Origin: Mytilus californianus
Lineage: Eukaryota
Direction of reading: 5' to 3'
NCBI RefSeq assembly: GCF_021869535.1
Contig: NW_026262581.1
Location: 114,700,001-114,764,000 of the forward strand
DNA: 64,000 nucleotides
Under the pieces are notes generated by a model. That model saw only the letters and a program-made list of their open reading frames with translations. It searched no databases and was not told where the DNA came from. The translations under genes were made by a program, and so were the position numbers. Positions 35,341-47,870 of this stretch are shown here, piece by piece; within the stretch, counting starts at the first letter, position 1; each line of letters starts with the position of its first letter.

Positions 35341-37996
35341 ATACTGGTAGGTACAAATCTATAAATTAAATCTTTGAATATTTGAAAAGAGTTATATATA
35401 AATGTGCAAAATACAAGTGAAATATTAAGGAAGAAGAAATAAAAGATGATGAGGGAATGAACATGATACAACAGTCTCATTAGATAAGGGTCATATTGAT
35501 GGATTGCTGTCTCATTGATGTACAAAAAAGATGTATACCCCACATCTCCTTTTATTCGTGTGTTAATAGATATATTCTACATGTTACCCATGGTTATATT
35601 TACTGTTAAAGTTTTATGATAAAATAAGGGAATGTGGTATGATTGCATTCAGGACAAATACCCACCAATGACTGTTTTTTTTTTAAAAGGATGTGAAAGT
35701 GAAAACTTGTAAATGTAACAAATATTATAAAGTAAATGTAAATTAATGAATGCAACCAGTTCTATAAACTGTTCATTATTTATTGTGAGCATTTGTTGTA
35801 AAATTTTGTTTTTTGTTTCAGTTAAGTTGGCATATGGATCACCAAGATTTTCTGGTAATGACCTTCACCTGTGTACTTTCATAAATAAATGGAGGAGTTG
35901 TGATAGAAACAACATATTGTGATATTTTAAAACCAATTTTTCAAAATAAACTGCTTTAAACTTTGAATGAAACCGGTTATGAGTTATTTCCCTTTAACTA
36001 CTCTATGTGATTGATGTTTACATGGTACAATATGACCTATAATCATGATAGTCCTATATGTCTCTACAATCTCACTGTGCCATGTTAGTTTTTCCAATGT
36101 ATTTGAAATATAGTTGATATTATAGATTTTTTTTCTGTTAATATTATTAGTGTATTATATATCAATGAGTCAGAGAGATATTTTCAACACTTTTTCTTCT
36201 GCTGTAATATGCTATTTTGCAAAAAGTATTATTAAAGTAACCTATATTGATTAGAATAATTGTTATACTTAATAAATTATTATAATAATTTATTTTCATG
36301 AATATTCTGGAACTGAGAGAGAAGATTTGTGTTCAGTGGTTTGAGATTATGACCAATAATTTCTACTTTTCAAATTATTTTTACCTGTAACCCATTTTCT
36401 TGGCTAAAAAGTAACATGACAAGAGCTGATCATCACAACTGATGATCATAATTTACCATTACTTAGATGATGATAGATTTCTGTTTATTTGTAATATGCC
36501 CTGTTACATTTTATTTATATTAATGAATTTTATAATTTGTATATGCTTAAAAGATATTCACAATATAGACATGATAGATATAAGAAGATGTGATATGATT
36601 GCCAATGAGACAACTCTCAATCCAAGTCAAAATTTATAAAAGTAAACCATTAAAGGTCAAAGTACGGTCTTCAACACGGAGCCTTGGCTCACACTGAACA
36701 GCAAGCTATAAAGGGCCCCAAAAATTACTAATGTAAAACCATTCAAACGGGAATGTATTTTTTTAGTAAGTTTGTGTGTTAATTTTTTCTGTTGGCAGAT
36801 GCAATGTTTAATTAAGATTTTGATGTCACTCTAATCCGTTAACTTGTGATTTAGAATGATTGCTTGTTGTTTCATATTTGAAAGCTTTTACCGTTCTTGA
36901 AGTTTGTTAGAATTGAATTCAAGTGATAATGCTGAGTTTGGTATCAATAGATATAAGAAGATGTGGTATGAGTGCCAATGAGACAACTCTCCATCCAAGT
37001 AAAAATTTTATAAAAGTAAACCATTATAGGTCAATGTCTATAATTCTAAAAAATATTAATAATCCTTTATCTTAAATGATAAACACGTCTTGTCTGGTAG
37101 CTACTGTAAAACTAAATAGATAATAATTTATATGCAGTTATCTCCCTTCCTATGTGGTTTACGATTTGCCATAATGAGAAAGATTTTTTGTCCATATCTG
37201 TGGGTATTCTGAAAGTGATTCAGTAAAAACATTATTCATTAATGTACATCTGTGATTTACAACTGCTTTATTTTAAGAAGACTCAACTTTTAGCATTTTA
37301 ATAATTGAAGTTTATCTTTATATTAGAATATCCACAAAAGCTTTAATAACTAGAATTTTGGTTATGGTGCTATTTACTGTTATTTTTTTGTTTTGTTTAT
37401 ATATACAGATGCATATATTTAGTCTAAGAAAATAGGGACCTATTTAGCCTGTTTTCTGAAAATAGGATCCTTATATGTTCTTTATTTGTAGTAAATTGTT
37501 TAATTTCTGTTTTGTTAAAGATTGTTAACTTAATGTATTATTAGTTTGCCCAACAAAGTTAAGGACTAATAGTGTATCTTTTGTGTTAACATCAATGACT
37601 GGACTTGCATCTTGAAAATTGAAAGACATAGGTCATGCAAAATTAAAAGATTCTTAAAGTATCATCTGATTTTGCAAGCATATATATGTCTTATAATGAA
37701 GATGGTCCCATACCAAAGTAGGTCAACATGACCAATAATTGATGCTTCTGTGACTTTAATTTTGTTGTTTAATTTCCATGTTGAAGATCATGTGAGTTGA
37801 AGATTTATCTTACTTGTATGTAGCTAGGTGTATCCTAATGAGTAGGTTGGAATCCAGTTGAAAGTAGGTTACTCTGACCTAAACTTTTTTACAAATGACC
37901 GGTTTAAGTTTATTTCAAAATTTATCTTTGTTATTGTAAGTTGAGAAGGCTAGTATTCAGACCAATTCAATTTGATTGCTGTTGATATTTTAATGA

Positions 37997-38982
37997 TTTT
38001 TGCCTCGCCTTGACGGAGTCCAAAAGCGAGACATAGATATGCTGTTTGCGGTGGCGGCTTCAATAATGTATTCGTTTGTGATTAGGTCTAGTTCATGGTG
38101 AACCACCAGTGGTAGGTCAATGATATTTGGTATGCAGTTGTATTAGCATTGGCACATCTCATTACCATGGAGATTATTTGGCCCTGCCCCCTCAGTCAAG
38201 GTCTATTGACTTTGAAACTTTGCTTAGTTTACATGTATTAGTTTGTGATTAGGTCAGTTTATGGGGAACCACTAGTGGTAGGTCAATGATATTTGGTATG
38301 CAGTTGTATAAGCATTGGCATATCTCAGTGCCATGGAGATAATTTAGCCCCGCCATCTCATTCATGGTCTATTGACTTTGAAACTTTTGCTTAGTTTTCA
38401 TGTATTAGTTTGTGATTAGGTCAGTTTAAGGGGAACCGTTAGTGGTAGGTCAATGATAATTGGTATGCAGTTGTATAAACATTAGCACATCTCATTTCCA
38501 TGGAGAATATTTGGTCCTTACCCCTCAGTCATGGTCTATTGACTTTGAAACTTTTACTTAGTTTACATGTATTAGTTTGTGATTAGGTCAGTTTAAGATG
38601 AACCACTAATGTTAAGTCAATGATATTCGGTATGCAAATGTATTGGCATTTGCAAGTTTCATTTCCATGGAGATTATATAATCCCACCTCCTAATTATGG
38701 TTCATTGTCTTTAAAACTTTTACATAGTTTACAAGTTAATGTTTGAGTTTAGGTTTGTTTAAAGGGAACGACTTATGAAAAGTCAATGGTATTTGGTTTG
38801 CAGTTGTATTAGCATTGGCACATCTCATTTCCATGGAGATTGTTTAGCCCTGTACCTTCAGTCATGGTTCATTGACTTTGAATATTTGCATAACTTACAT
38901 GTTAAAGTATTGCTATTTTAATTTCAACATTTGCATTATCAAAATAACGAATAGGCAAGACATATCTCTGTGTTAACAGTTT
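37997..38982 (-). mobile_element. HINE/pearl-like element, same family as 16316-17470
   Basis: Reverse-complement match of both termini (GGCGAGGCA hairpin; AAACTGTTAACACAGAGATATGTCTTGCC) and of the internal ~160 bp repeats. Confidence 0.8.
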
Positions 38983-39405
38983 ATGGTTCAATATTTTGTT
39001 CTTATGATGCATATATAATCAATGACATGGTCTTTCTGAAGAAAATATTAGTCTGCTTTCTACAATTTGAATGAATAACTGCATCATCTAGTGCATGTGT
39101 ACTTAAGTGTTTGGGACACTATCTAGAAAATAACTAATCAGATCACCAGCTTTTCATGGTGATATGACTTTGGTTCAAGTTCATATCTTTATTCCTTTGA
39201 GTGTAGGATACTTAAAAACTTTATTGATTTGGACCCTATTGAGCCAGCTTTTGTTTAAGTATGATGGGCCATGCTTTATTGACTTTATTAAAAGTGTATA
39301 AGAGTGTTCATGCACTGACTGATGAAGTTGCACACTATGAAGGGGATTATTTTAGTGATTTATAGTACCTGCAGTTTGACCTGTTCTCGGGGATTTATTT
39401 TCACG

Positions 39406-39800
39406 TTTTTATACGACCGCAAAATTTTTTTTAGGGGGGTCAATTTTTTTTCCTCAAGATTTAAGAAATTGTCAATTTTCCAAAGAAAAAGATTGGGGGT
39501 CACTTTATTTTGCTAATTCTTTGTATATAGTCTGAAAACAGATATATTAAGTATTGTGCAACAGCACAGTGTATTGCACAGCAGCAAGAAATCTTCAATT
39601 GAATATAAATTCAAATCATACAACCAATTTCAAGTTCTTTGACACATTTGTTCTGTGTCAGAAACCTATAAAGTGTCAAATACTTAATTAATATCCAAAT
39701 TCAGACCTGTATCAAGCTTGAATATTGTGTCCATTTTTGCCCCAACTGTTCAGGGTTGGACCTCTGCGGTCGTATCCAGCTGCGCTCGGCGAAGCAGTTT
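39406..39800 (-). mobile_element. Internally deleted HINE, same family as 18485-20590
   Basis: TTTTATACGACCGCAAAATTTT at one end and GTCGTATCCAGCTGCGCTCGGCGAAGC at the other. Confidence 0.65.
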
Positions 39801-40431
39801 ATTTTGTTTCTGATTCTAATTGTCCTATCATATTAACACATTGGGGTGTGTTCCCATTTTGATCTAAGTCATGAAAACATAAATCCCTTCCAAAAATCTT
39901 CCTCACTTTACAGAAGTTTCCAAGATGTAATAAATAACCATATTTGTGTCCATTGAATTATGTAATGATGCAATCTTTGCCATTTGTGATTAACAAAACT
40001 ATAAATAAAAAAAAAGGAATGCCATGATTTAACTATACATCACATGTTTTATAATAGTTACTTATCAGTTAGTAAGAAACAACAAAAGTATTTCTATAAT
40101 ATTTTGAAAGTTTGTACTATAGCTTATGTTACTTAAAATAAGATTATTTGAATATTTTGTTATATTTACTGAATTTTGTAATGTTACACTGCTTTGAAAG
40201 TGCTTATATGCCTTAATTGTTAATGACTGTCTGCAATAGAAACTTAAAAAGTAAAAAATTGCAAATCCCTTTTTAGAGTTTTATATGCCTTAAATTGCTG
40301 CCAGGAATATTAATAATAAGTTTTGTCTTCTCTACCAAGAAAGTAGTTGATGTTTTTAAGACAAATGTTTATGTATGAGGTAGATGTAGTCCTTTGTTGC
40401 ATAATTACTGAGGAACTTATGCAATGCTGTC

Positions 40432-40890
40432 ACTATATTAAACTCTATGATTGGTTAATGAAAATTGTGATGAGGTTACTATAACATACTCTATGATAGG
40501 TCATCAAAATTTGTTATGAGGTCATCTTAACATACTAATACTTGGTGATAGGTCAATGATATTTGTGATGAGGTCACTATAACATACTATGTGATAGGCC
40601 AATGAAATTTGTGAGTAGCCTAGGTCACTATAACATACTCTGTGATAGGTCAATGAAATTTGTGATGAGGTCACTATAACATACTCTGTGATAGGTCAAT
40701 GAAATTTGTGATCAGGTCATCTTAACATACTCTGATAGGTCAATGAAATTTGTGATTATGTCGCTATAACACACTCTGTGACAGGTTAATGAAATTTGTG
40801 ATCAGGTCACTATAACATACTCTGTGAAAGGTCAATGAAATGTTTGATGAGGTCACTATAACATACTCTGTGATAGGTCAATGATATTTG
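40432..40890. repeat. 46-bp minisatellite, about 10 copies (GATGAGGTCACTATAACATACTCTGTGATAGGTCAATGAAATTTGT)
   Basis: Directly visible; copies are more degenerate at the left end. Confidence 0.92.
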
Positions 40891-41226
40891 ATAGAAACTT
40901 ACGTTACCTCCCAGTTTCAGTATATTGACTTAAATTTTATATAATTTATACATTAATAAAAGAAAATGTGGGTTGTACGCAAAAGAGACAGCAACCCCAC
41001 GACATAAATAGCCAAATGACATCTAGAGGGTGATGCTTAAAAGTTCATTGACAACATATTTGTTACGTTTGGTGGATTTGTTTTTCAACGCACAGCCGGC
41101 AAGCAACGTGCACCAATTGATATCCTTGTATCGCCGACTTGTTCCTTTATTTGTATAAAGGCAGACTTCATTCATATGTAGTGGCTTCTAAAGAAGAATG
41201 AAAGAAAATAAAGATACTCATTTTAC

Positions 41227-41295
41227 TTCAAGTTCCGCTATAAAGATAATGTCATCCCATTGTTTGATGACTATGTTGATCGCATTTACCCCAGT
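41227..41295 (+). mobile_element. Tiny Penelope-like RT relic (motif C region), followed by a SINE-like relic to ~41503
   Basis: FKFRYKDNVIPLFDDYVDRIYP resembles FRYIDDVLSL..F.DYV.RIYP. Downstream GGATCAAACCAAAGACTAAAATTGGTATTTG and an (AATC)n tail resemble molluscan SINEs. Confidence 0.45.
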
Positions 41296-43230
41296 GTAAA
41301 CCGTATCGAATGCGGGAGGTCGTGGGGTAGACTACTGCTGGATCAAACCAAAGACTAAAATTGGTATTTGCTGTAATTTCACCGCCATTCACACAACGTT
41401 TTGGGGGTAAAAGCAAAGACTGGATCATGATAGTGTGTCTCAGTAGACCAACATGCATGACATATTTGCCACTGGACGTTAAACAACCAACAATCAATCA
41501 ATCAGTAGATCGATATGTCTTCCCGTGAACCGTAACATTGTTAGATAGCACATTTAAAATTACACTCTGAGCGTCAATATAGAATTGATTGAGGTATAAC
41601 CGGGGACAGTAATGTTACAGTGGTGGATAGTTGTTTCATTGACAATCATACCACATCGTCTGATTATTATATTGAAGTCATCTCTTCGAAAGATTTACGG
41701 ACGCCATAACGATTTGATCGACCGGCATTAAATATATTGTGTCTCCGTTGACCACGAATATGTTTCGCTTGTCGCACGTCCTCTTTTAATTGTTTAAGAT
41801 ATTATCGAATTTGTTATTCCAGAAATCCCCCCCCCCCCCCCACCCCACCTTAAAAGAAGATATGCCAAGTCCAATTTTTGTTCCTGAGAGACATTTTTCA
41901 GATTTTGCAAAAATGTTAGGAATTCAACCTATTTGTGTTACCAATATTTTTTTCGAATCTAAAAAGATCTGAAAATACATTATCTTCGTTAAGGTTTGAG
42001 AGGGGGAAATAGTCTGTTCGACTGTTGAAGGCCGTACGGTTGCTTATAATTGCTTACATCCACTTCATTTGAACTTTGGTGGATAGTTGTCTTATTGGCA
42101 ATCATACCACATCAACTTATTTTTATATTCAGACCTTTTCAGTCGTTTATTGTCATTTGAACTTGGTCCTATTTTAAAATGCAATATGTCTTATGACCTT
42201 GACTTCATTAACATCCTCTCGTAGTCAAGGCTAAATTTCCAGGATTAGTTTGTTCCTCAATTAAAATTTATGATAAGTTAACACTATTTGGTATTTAGAT
42301 TGTTTTTACAAGTGTTTAAAATATGACCTTTCAGATTGGACGTTTTACATTTGCGCGGAAATAATATAACATTTGCGCAAAAGAAATATTACATTTGCGC
42401 GACTTTTACCTATATATATATATATTAACATATATATTTACCATGCTAGTTTTTACCAAACAACGCAAGATCAAAACATTGGGTTTGAGAAAATAGTACA
42501 AAGAAAAATCTAGTATATCATTCGGAAATGGCTCAAAATGTTCTCCAATAGTTTTTCTTGAACCAAACGTTCTTGGTGGCTGCTTTGCTGAGTAACTGAT
42601 GGATACAATACATGATGATACCTTTCGTTTGCAGATCATAATGTTGTAGAGAACTACATGTCTCCAGATTCCAAGTTCTTTGGATTTAAATATACTGCTA
42701 GAACTGATGTATAAAGCACATGACTTGAATAATATGTTTAGTTCTTTATAGTGCTTACGGTTAACGAATCTATAGTGTGATTTTATGATTCCTCAGTATA
42801 ATTATAACATTTAAAAGTAAATATTATAAACTGTCTTGACCGCCAATATATATTTCAATTTAGACTTTTATATATTTTTTCGTTTGGGCTTGTATTATAT
42901 TTTCCTTCTGGTTTATATGATCCGTTCATCCTATTTGGACTCTTTAAAATTCAAGAGTCTTTCCTAAATTGAGGTAAATTATATGGCCTTCCAAATACCG
43001 TTTCGATCCCTAACATCACTGAAGAGACATTAATTGTCGAAATCCGGATATGGTGTACAAATTTTTGCACCTCATGTTTGTGGTATACCATCTTTTCCAC
43101 AAGTTTATTGTTTTCTGTTTGGTATTAAATTAATATTAAGATCCATTTTGTTAGATCTGGTGATCAATTTATTTGGCAATCGCCAATGGCAGTCAGCAGG
43201 GTTTAAGAACATCAGTTGTTCGACTTGTTA

Positions 43231-43797
43231 GTCAAATGCGTTTTGTTAAAATAGACTTTTTCACTTTTTTGGTCTTTTGGAAATTGTTGTTTGTGATGTA
43301 TTTAGACCCCTCTACCAAGCAATTTGTTTTACATGCACACGTATAAAAATTGCGGTTTTTATCCAACGCAATCATAGGTTTGAACGTTGTTTTCAATTTA
43401 GACTTAAAAGTCTAAATTGAAAACAACGTTCAAACCTATGATTGCGTTGGATAAAAACCGTTGTTTTCAATTTAGACTTAAAAGTCTAAATTGAAAACAA
43501 CGTTCAAACCTATGATTGCGTTGGATAAAAACCGCAATTTTTATACTTAAAAGTCTAAATTGAAAACAACGTTCAAACCTATGATTGCGTTGGATAAAAA
43601 CCGCAATTTTTATACGTGTGCATGTCTAAATTGAAAACAACGTTCAAACCTATGATTGCGTTGGATAAAAACCGCAATTTTTATACGTGTGCATGCAAAA
43701 CATATTTCTTAGTAAAGGGGTCTAAATACAGCATAAACAACATTTTCCAAAAGACCAAAAAGTGTGACAAAGTATATTTTAACAAAACGCATTTGAC
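43231..43797. mobile_element. Palindromic TA-flanked MITE with a rearranged, amplified centre
   Basis: TA|GTCAAATGCGTTTTGTTAAAAT ... ATTTTAACAAAACGCATTTGAC|TA. Arms of ~170 bp meet at GAC-TTAAAA-GTC; the innermost ~70 bp of the right arm occurs 4 times. Confidence 0.85.
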
Positions 43798-44128
43798 TAG
43801 CATACACATCTCCAGTTATTTGAACATGTACTACATGTATATATAAAACCACCTGACGAGTACCCTTGGCAGGGAAGAAACAGTTTGTAAATGTCATATT
43901 CACCTGTAAATTACTATTTTTAAAACCGCGCAAATTTAATGCAAATCCGCGTATATGTAATGCACCGCGTTCGAATTAGGTCTGCTCCTTAGTAACTATT
44001 CACGATAAGTCAACTATATTAATATTTTGTGGTAGGGTGATTAGTTGCAAGGATTGCATGTTCATTTGTAATTTTTCAAATGTCATTGATATCATTTTCA
44101 TTCTCAAGTATCTCAATCTACTTCGTAA

Positions 44129-44338
44129 ACCCTGAATTTTGATTCAACACCAGAGAAAGCAGACAGAAGTATACTGTCATTCATCGCGCCAAATATCAAA
44201 AGAAATATATTTCCTCAACCTGGTCAAGATTGCAGTCTTTGTTTTGATGGTCATCACATTGAAGAAATCAGCCAAAAGACAACTTGACAACGATGATGTG
44301 ATGATGTGTCTTTACCAAAGCGACGCAAACGCAATGAT
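44129..44338 (+). pseudogene. Inverted partial duplicate of the CDC25 coding region
   Basis: Aligns by eye to the sense sequence of 46134-45925 (LNFDSTPEKA...LPKRR), with scattered substitutions, an 8 nt deletion (GTCAACAC) and an 8 nt tandem duplication (ATGATGTG). The shifted frame hits TGA. Confidence 0.92.
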
Positions 44339-45327
44339 ATGCTAGACCATATTTTATTATTCCATGACTGCCTTATAAAAGACGTCCACAATAAAAAAAA
44401 AACTAATAGAAAGTGGTCTAATATTTCATTTAAAAATTTTGTTTAAAAGGACGCACGTCTAAATGCAGAAAAGTGTTAAAATGCCTCGTTTAGAGATTTC
44501 GAGGAGATATACCGTTAGTCGAATGCGTGAAATTTATTATAAAAAAAGCGGATAAACACATCAGTATTAACAGCAATTTTCTTGTGAAAACCATTTCACC
44601 ATCCCGAGATCGCTTCGACAAAGGAACATTTACAGCAGTTTTGACATTCGAGATGATTGCTAATTTAAAACATTTGAAAACTCGCCAACAGTTTTTATGA
44701 AACCATTCCACCAAATTTCTTTTTCCATTATGATACCTGCATACAACAACACTTTAATGGTAGCAATCTCTACAAGTTTGCCGGGAGAAGTGTTTGGAAA
44801 TTTGATGAAGATATCTAAACAAGTACCAATGAGTAAACGCCACAACCTACTGTAAATCTAGACTATTCGACCTCATAGTGTGAAAAATTATTATGTAGAA
44901 TGTTTCGGTCCACTGAAGACAACCCTCAAGCTGATAACGTGACACGTTTGTGTGAAGGGGTGTGCAAACTGGTAGTTTGTTCTGCCATTTAACCAAAGTA
45001 CACTGCATGATACGTATATAGCAATATCACATGAATACACGAATACAAATCCGGAAGTTATGAAGGAAACAAATTATGAGACAGCAAACAAACTCTTTAC
45101 GTTAAAACTAAAGTATACATTAAGAAGTACACGAAAGTTTTAACGCTGAATAAAACAAGAATCAAGCGAGTTTTTTTCATAGGCTTTAATATGTCATAAT
45201 TTATAATAGATAAAAAACAGATAACAGAATAACAATAAACAATTGAATAAACAGCTTATAAAATTTAAGCACTTGTATTTTATCACATAAGAATTGTAGC
45301 ACTAGATATTTGACCAGAAGTTTTGTT

Positions 45328-46320
45328 TTAAAATCGCATTGATTTTCTTGCATATCGTCTTTTTTCTCCTGCTGTCCATGATTTGGATTTTGCTCGAAAG
45401 TGGCGTAAATCTGTTGAATGGTCAGAATGAAGCATTGGTCGGTAGCTGATCGGGTCACATAGTTCAGGATTTTCGCCGAAGAAGGCTTTGTATCCACCAT
45501 CAAGAAGATAAATTTCTGGAAAGTTTAATGCTGGGTAGTTTTCTTTGTTTAGTTCCCTGTCTTTGCTCCTGAGGAATCTTAACATTTTTGGACCTCTTTC
45601 TGATGAAAACTCACAGTGAAAGATAAGAACTTGTTTTTCTGTTGTTGGGTTCTGAAGCAGAGTTAAAATTGTCTCGTGTAAATACATGTTTTCCGCCCCT
45701 CTGACATGCCCACCTTCAAATTCGTATGGGTATCTACAGTCGATTATCCGGAAACTATCTATTACGCCATCATAATGACCTTCAACAAGGTCAGCGAGAA
45801 TCTGTGGTGAGATGCTCTTTAAATCTTGATGCTTTCCCTGTACTGTTGGTAAACTGTATGTTCTACTACCGTCTGCTATCAAATGATCGTTTTGTGTGAG
45901 AATATTTACAACTGTCTTCACATCGTCATTGTGTCTGCGTCGCTTTGGTAAAGACACGTCATCGTTGTCGAGTTGTCTTTTGGCTGATTTCTTCAATGTG
46001 GTGTTGACATGACCATCAAAACAAAGACTGCAATCTTGATCAGGTTGAGGAAATATATTTCTTTTGATATTTGGCGTGACGAACGACAGTATACTTCTGC
46101 CTGCTTTCTCTGGTGTTGAATCAAAATTCAGGGTAACATTTGCTGATTGCATAATGTCCACATCATCAGAGTTCTGGAATAGTCTTCGGGAAATCATGTT
46201 TATCAATATTTCAACAGCTTTGTAAAGTTTTATTTTGCACTTTAAAAGCATGCAGGATATATACCCAAAATTTTGACTGGCATTAAGTAATTTTCTCTCT
46301 GATGTAGGAGTCCTGCTCAT
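45328..46320 (-). CDS. CDC25: M-phase inducer phosphatase CDC25, intronless and compact (330 aa from ATG 46320, or 289 aa from ATG 46197)
   Basis: Rhodanese-fold catalytic domain with IIDCRYPYEFEGGHVRGA and the intact active site IFHCEFSSERGP, YP.L.FPEIYLLDGGYKAFF, C-terminal RAKSKSW; bipartite NLS KRQLDNDDVSLPKRRR; RRLF cyclin-docking motif just after Met 46197. The start codon is ambiguous. Confidence 0.94.
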   Translation of the reverse strand: MSRTPTSERKLLNASQNFGYISCMLLKCKIKLYKAVEILINMISRRLFQNSDDVDIMQSANVTLNFDSTPEKAGRSILSFVTPNIKRNIFPQPDQDCSLCFDGHVNTTLKKSAKRQLDNDDVSLPKRRRHNDDVKTVVNILTQNDHLIADGSRTYSLPTVQGKHQDLKSISPQILADLVEGHYDGVIDSFRIIDCRYPYEFEGGHVRGAENMYLHETILTLLQNPTTEKQVLIFHCEFSSERGPKMLRFLRSKDRELNKENYPALNFPEIYLLDGGYKAFFGENPELCDPISYRPMLHSDHSTDLRHFRAKSKSWTAGEKRRYARKSMRF

Positions 46321-47409
46321 CTCATTACTCACATTATCCAATAATGTTTACCTAAAGCCATAACGATATAGCTTGGACAATGATTGCTTTGTCACTTGAC
46401 CCTTTCAACCTTGATTGATTCGTCAACTTTTCACTGGTACTGAATACCATGTAATAATTGACTGTCAAAATAGTTCATTATATACCGAACTATCTGTTGT
46501 TTAGATCCCTGAGATAAATTCACCTAATTAATTCCAAATAGAATGCTTAATTGGTTAGTTCGCTTAATTTGTCTTTTTCTAATTAAATATATTTATTTAT
46601 TGTCCAGTGAAATATTGTGTAATACTTTAAAAAGAAGAATATATTCATAATTCTGACATTATGTAATTTGCCTTAAAATTAAGAGAAATATACTTACAGA
46701 TGAAATTCAGATATTTGATTATTTCATTTTTAACAATTGTGTTTTGTCCAAACCAGACATTCATATTTATGCAGCGTACACCTCCCCATTCCTAATAAAA
46801 AAAATTAAAAAGCAACAAACAAATTAGCACGGAACAGTTGTCGTACCCAGTAGAAATTGGCATTTCTATCTATGAAGGCTAAAATAAGATTTTTCCCCGT
46901 GACACTGAAACGATCAATGGTGAAAAATTTAGAGATAGGAACCATATCTTTGATCGCGACCTTCGGGAATATAAATTAGTATAGAGAGATATTGAGAGAA
47001 ATCATTTTATTCATATAACTAAATTAATTCACATCATGTATATGCGTAGGCTAGCGAGGCATCTGTCAGCGTATTCTTTATAGATATTTCGTATATTACA
47101 AGTTTATGTATAATGGTGGTGGGTTTTGATCATTTACCTTTTCCTATAGTATACGTTACAATAATGCTGTCTATTGCAAATAAATATATATCTGGAGTCC
47201 AAAGGTAATTAATCGACGCTTTACTTCTCCTGTAACACCATCTGTCTGTCATTTTCGAGATAACTCATTTTGGGTTGAAACATTTATTTTAATTTAATGA
47301 AATGTATCCAAACAGAAAGAAAGATACAGAGCAAAGTGAACTTTATTCAAAGGTAATCTATAGTATAGAAAAAGAAAATTTGCTATCTATAACTATTATC
47401 GTACACAGT

Positions 47410-47870
47410 TATTACAAGGTGTTTGACTATTCTGTTAGAGCCGTGTGCTTCTAACATTCACACCATCTGTGATTTAAACGTTTTTGACGGTTCTGTAAAC
47501 GCAATTTCCTTGTAATGCTCGCCCTCCCTGTTTTCTGAAAATTTTTGTCTGTCCTTTTAGAGCCGTCTGTTTGAAATACTTGCTTTAATGTGATTTAAAG
47601 CTTTTGATTGTTCTCTTATAGTCGTCTCCTTGTTATTCTTGATCTCCCTTTGATTTGAAAAGTTTTTAACTGTTCTCTTGGAAAGCTTTTGTTTCTGTTA
47701 GCGTCAAATGCTTGTAATGCTTCAACTCCCTGTGAATTGAAAGTTTTTGGCTGTTCCGTTGGAGCCGTCTACTTGTAATGCTTCATCTCCCTGTGATTTG
47801 AAAGTTTTCGTCCGTTCTGTATGCTCCAAATTTCCTTTTATGCTGTCTTTCCCCTGTGATCTTAAAGTGT
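47410..47870. repeat. Degenerate ~60 bp tandem repeat, about 7 copies
   Basis: Recurrent blocks TTGTAATGCTTCATCTCCCTGTGATTTGAAAGTTTTT and CTGTTCTGTTAGAGCCGTCT. Confidence 0.7.

Noticed and set aside
43853-43892. Fifth hammerhead-like motif CTGACGAG-TACCCTTGGCAGGGAA-GAAACAGTTTGTA
   Set aside because: Stem II lacks the closing G-C pair and no stem I can form. Possibly a decayed Penelope-associated hammerhead, but not supportable.
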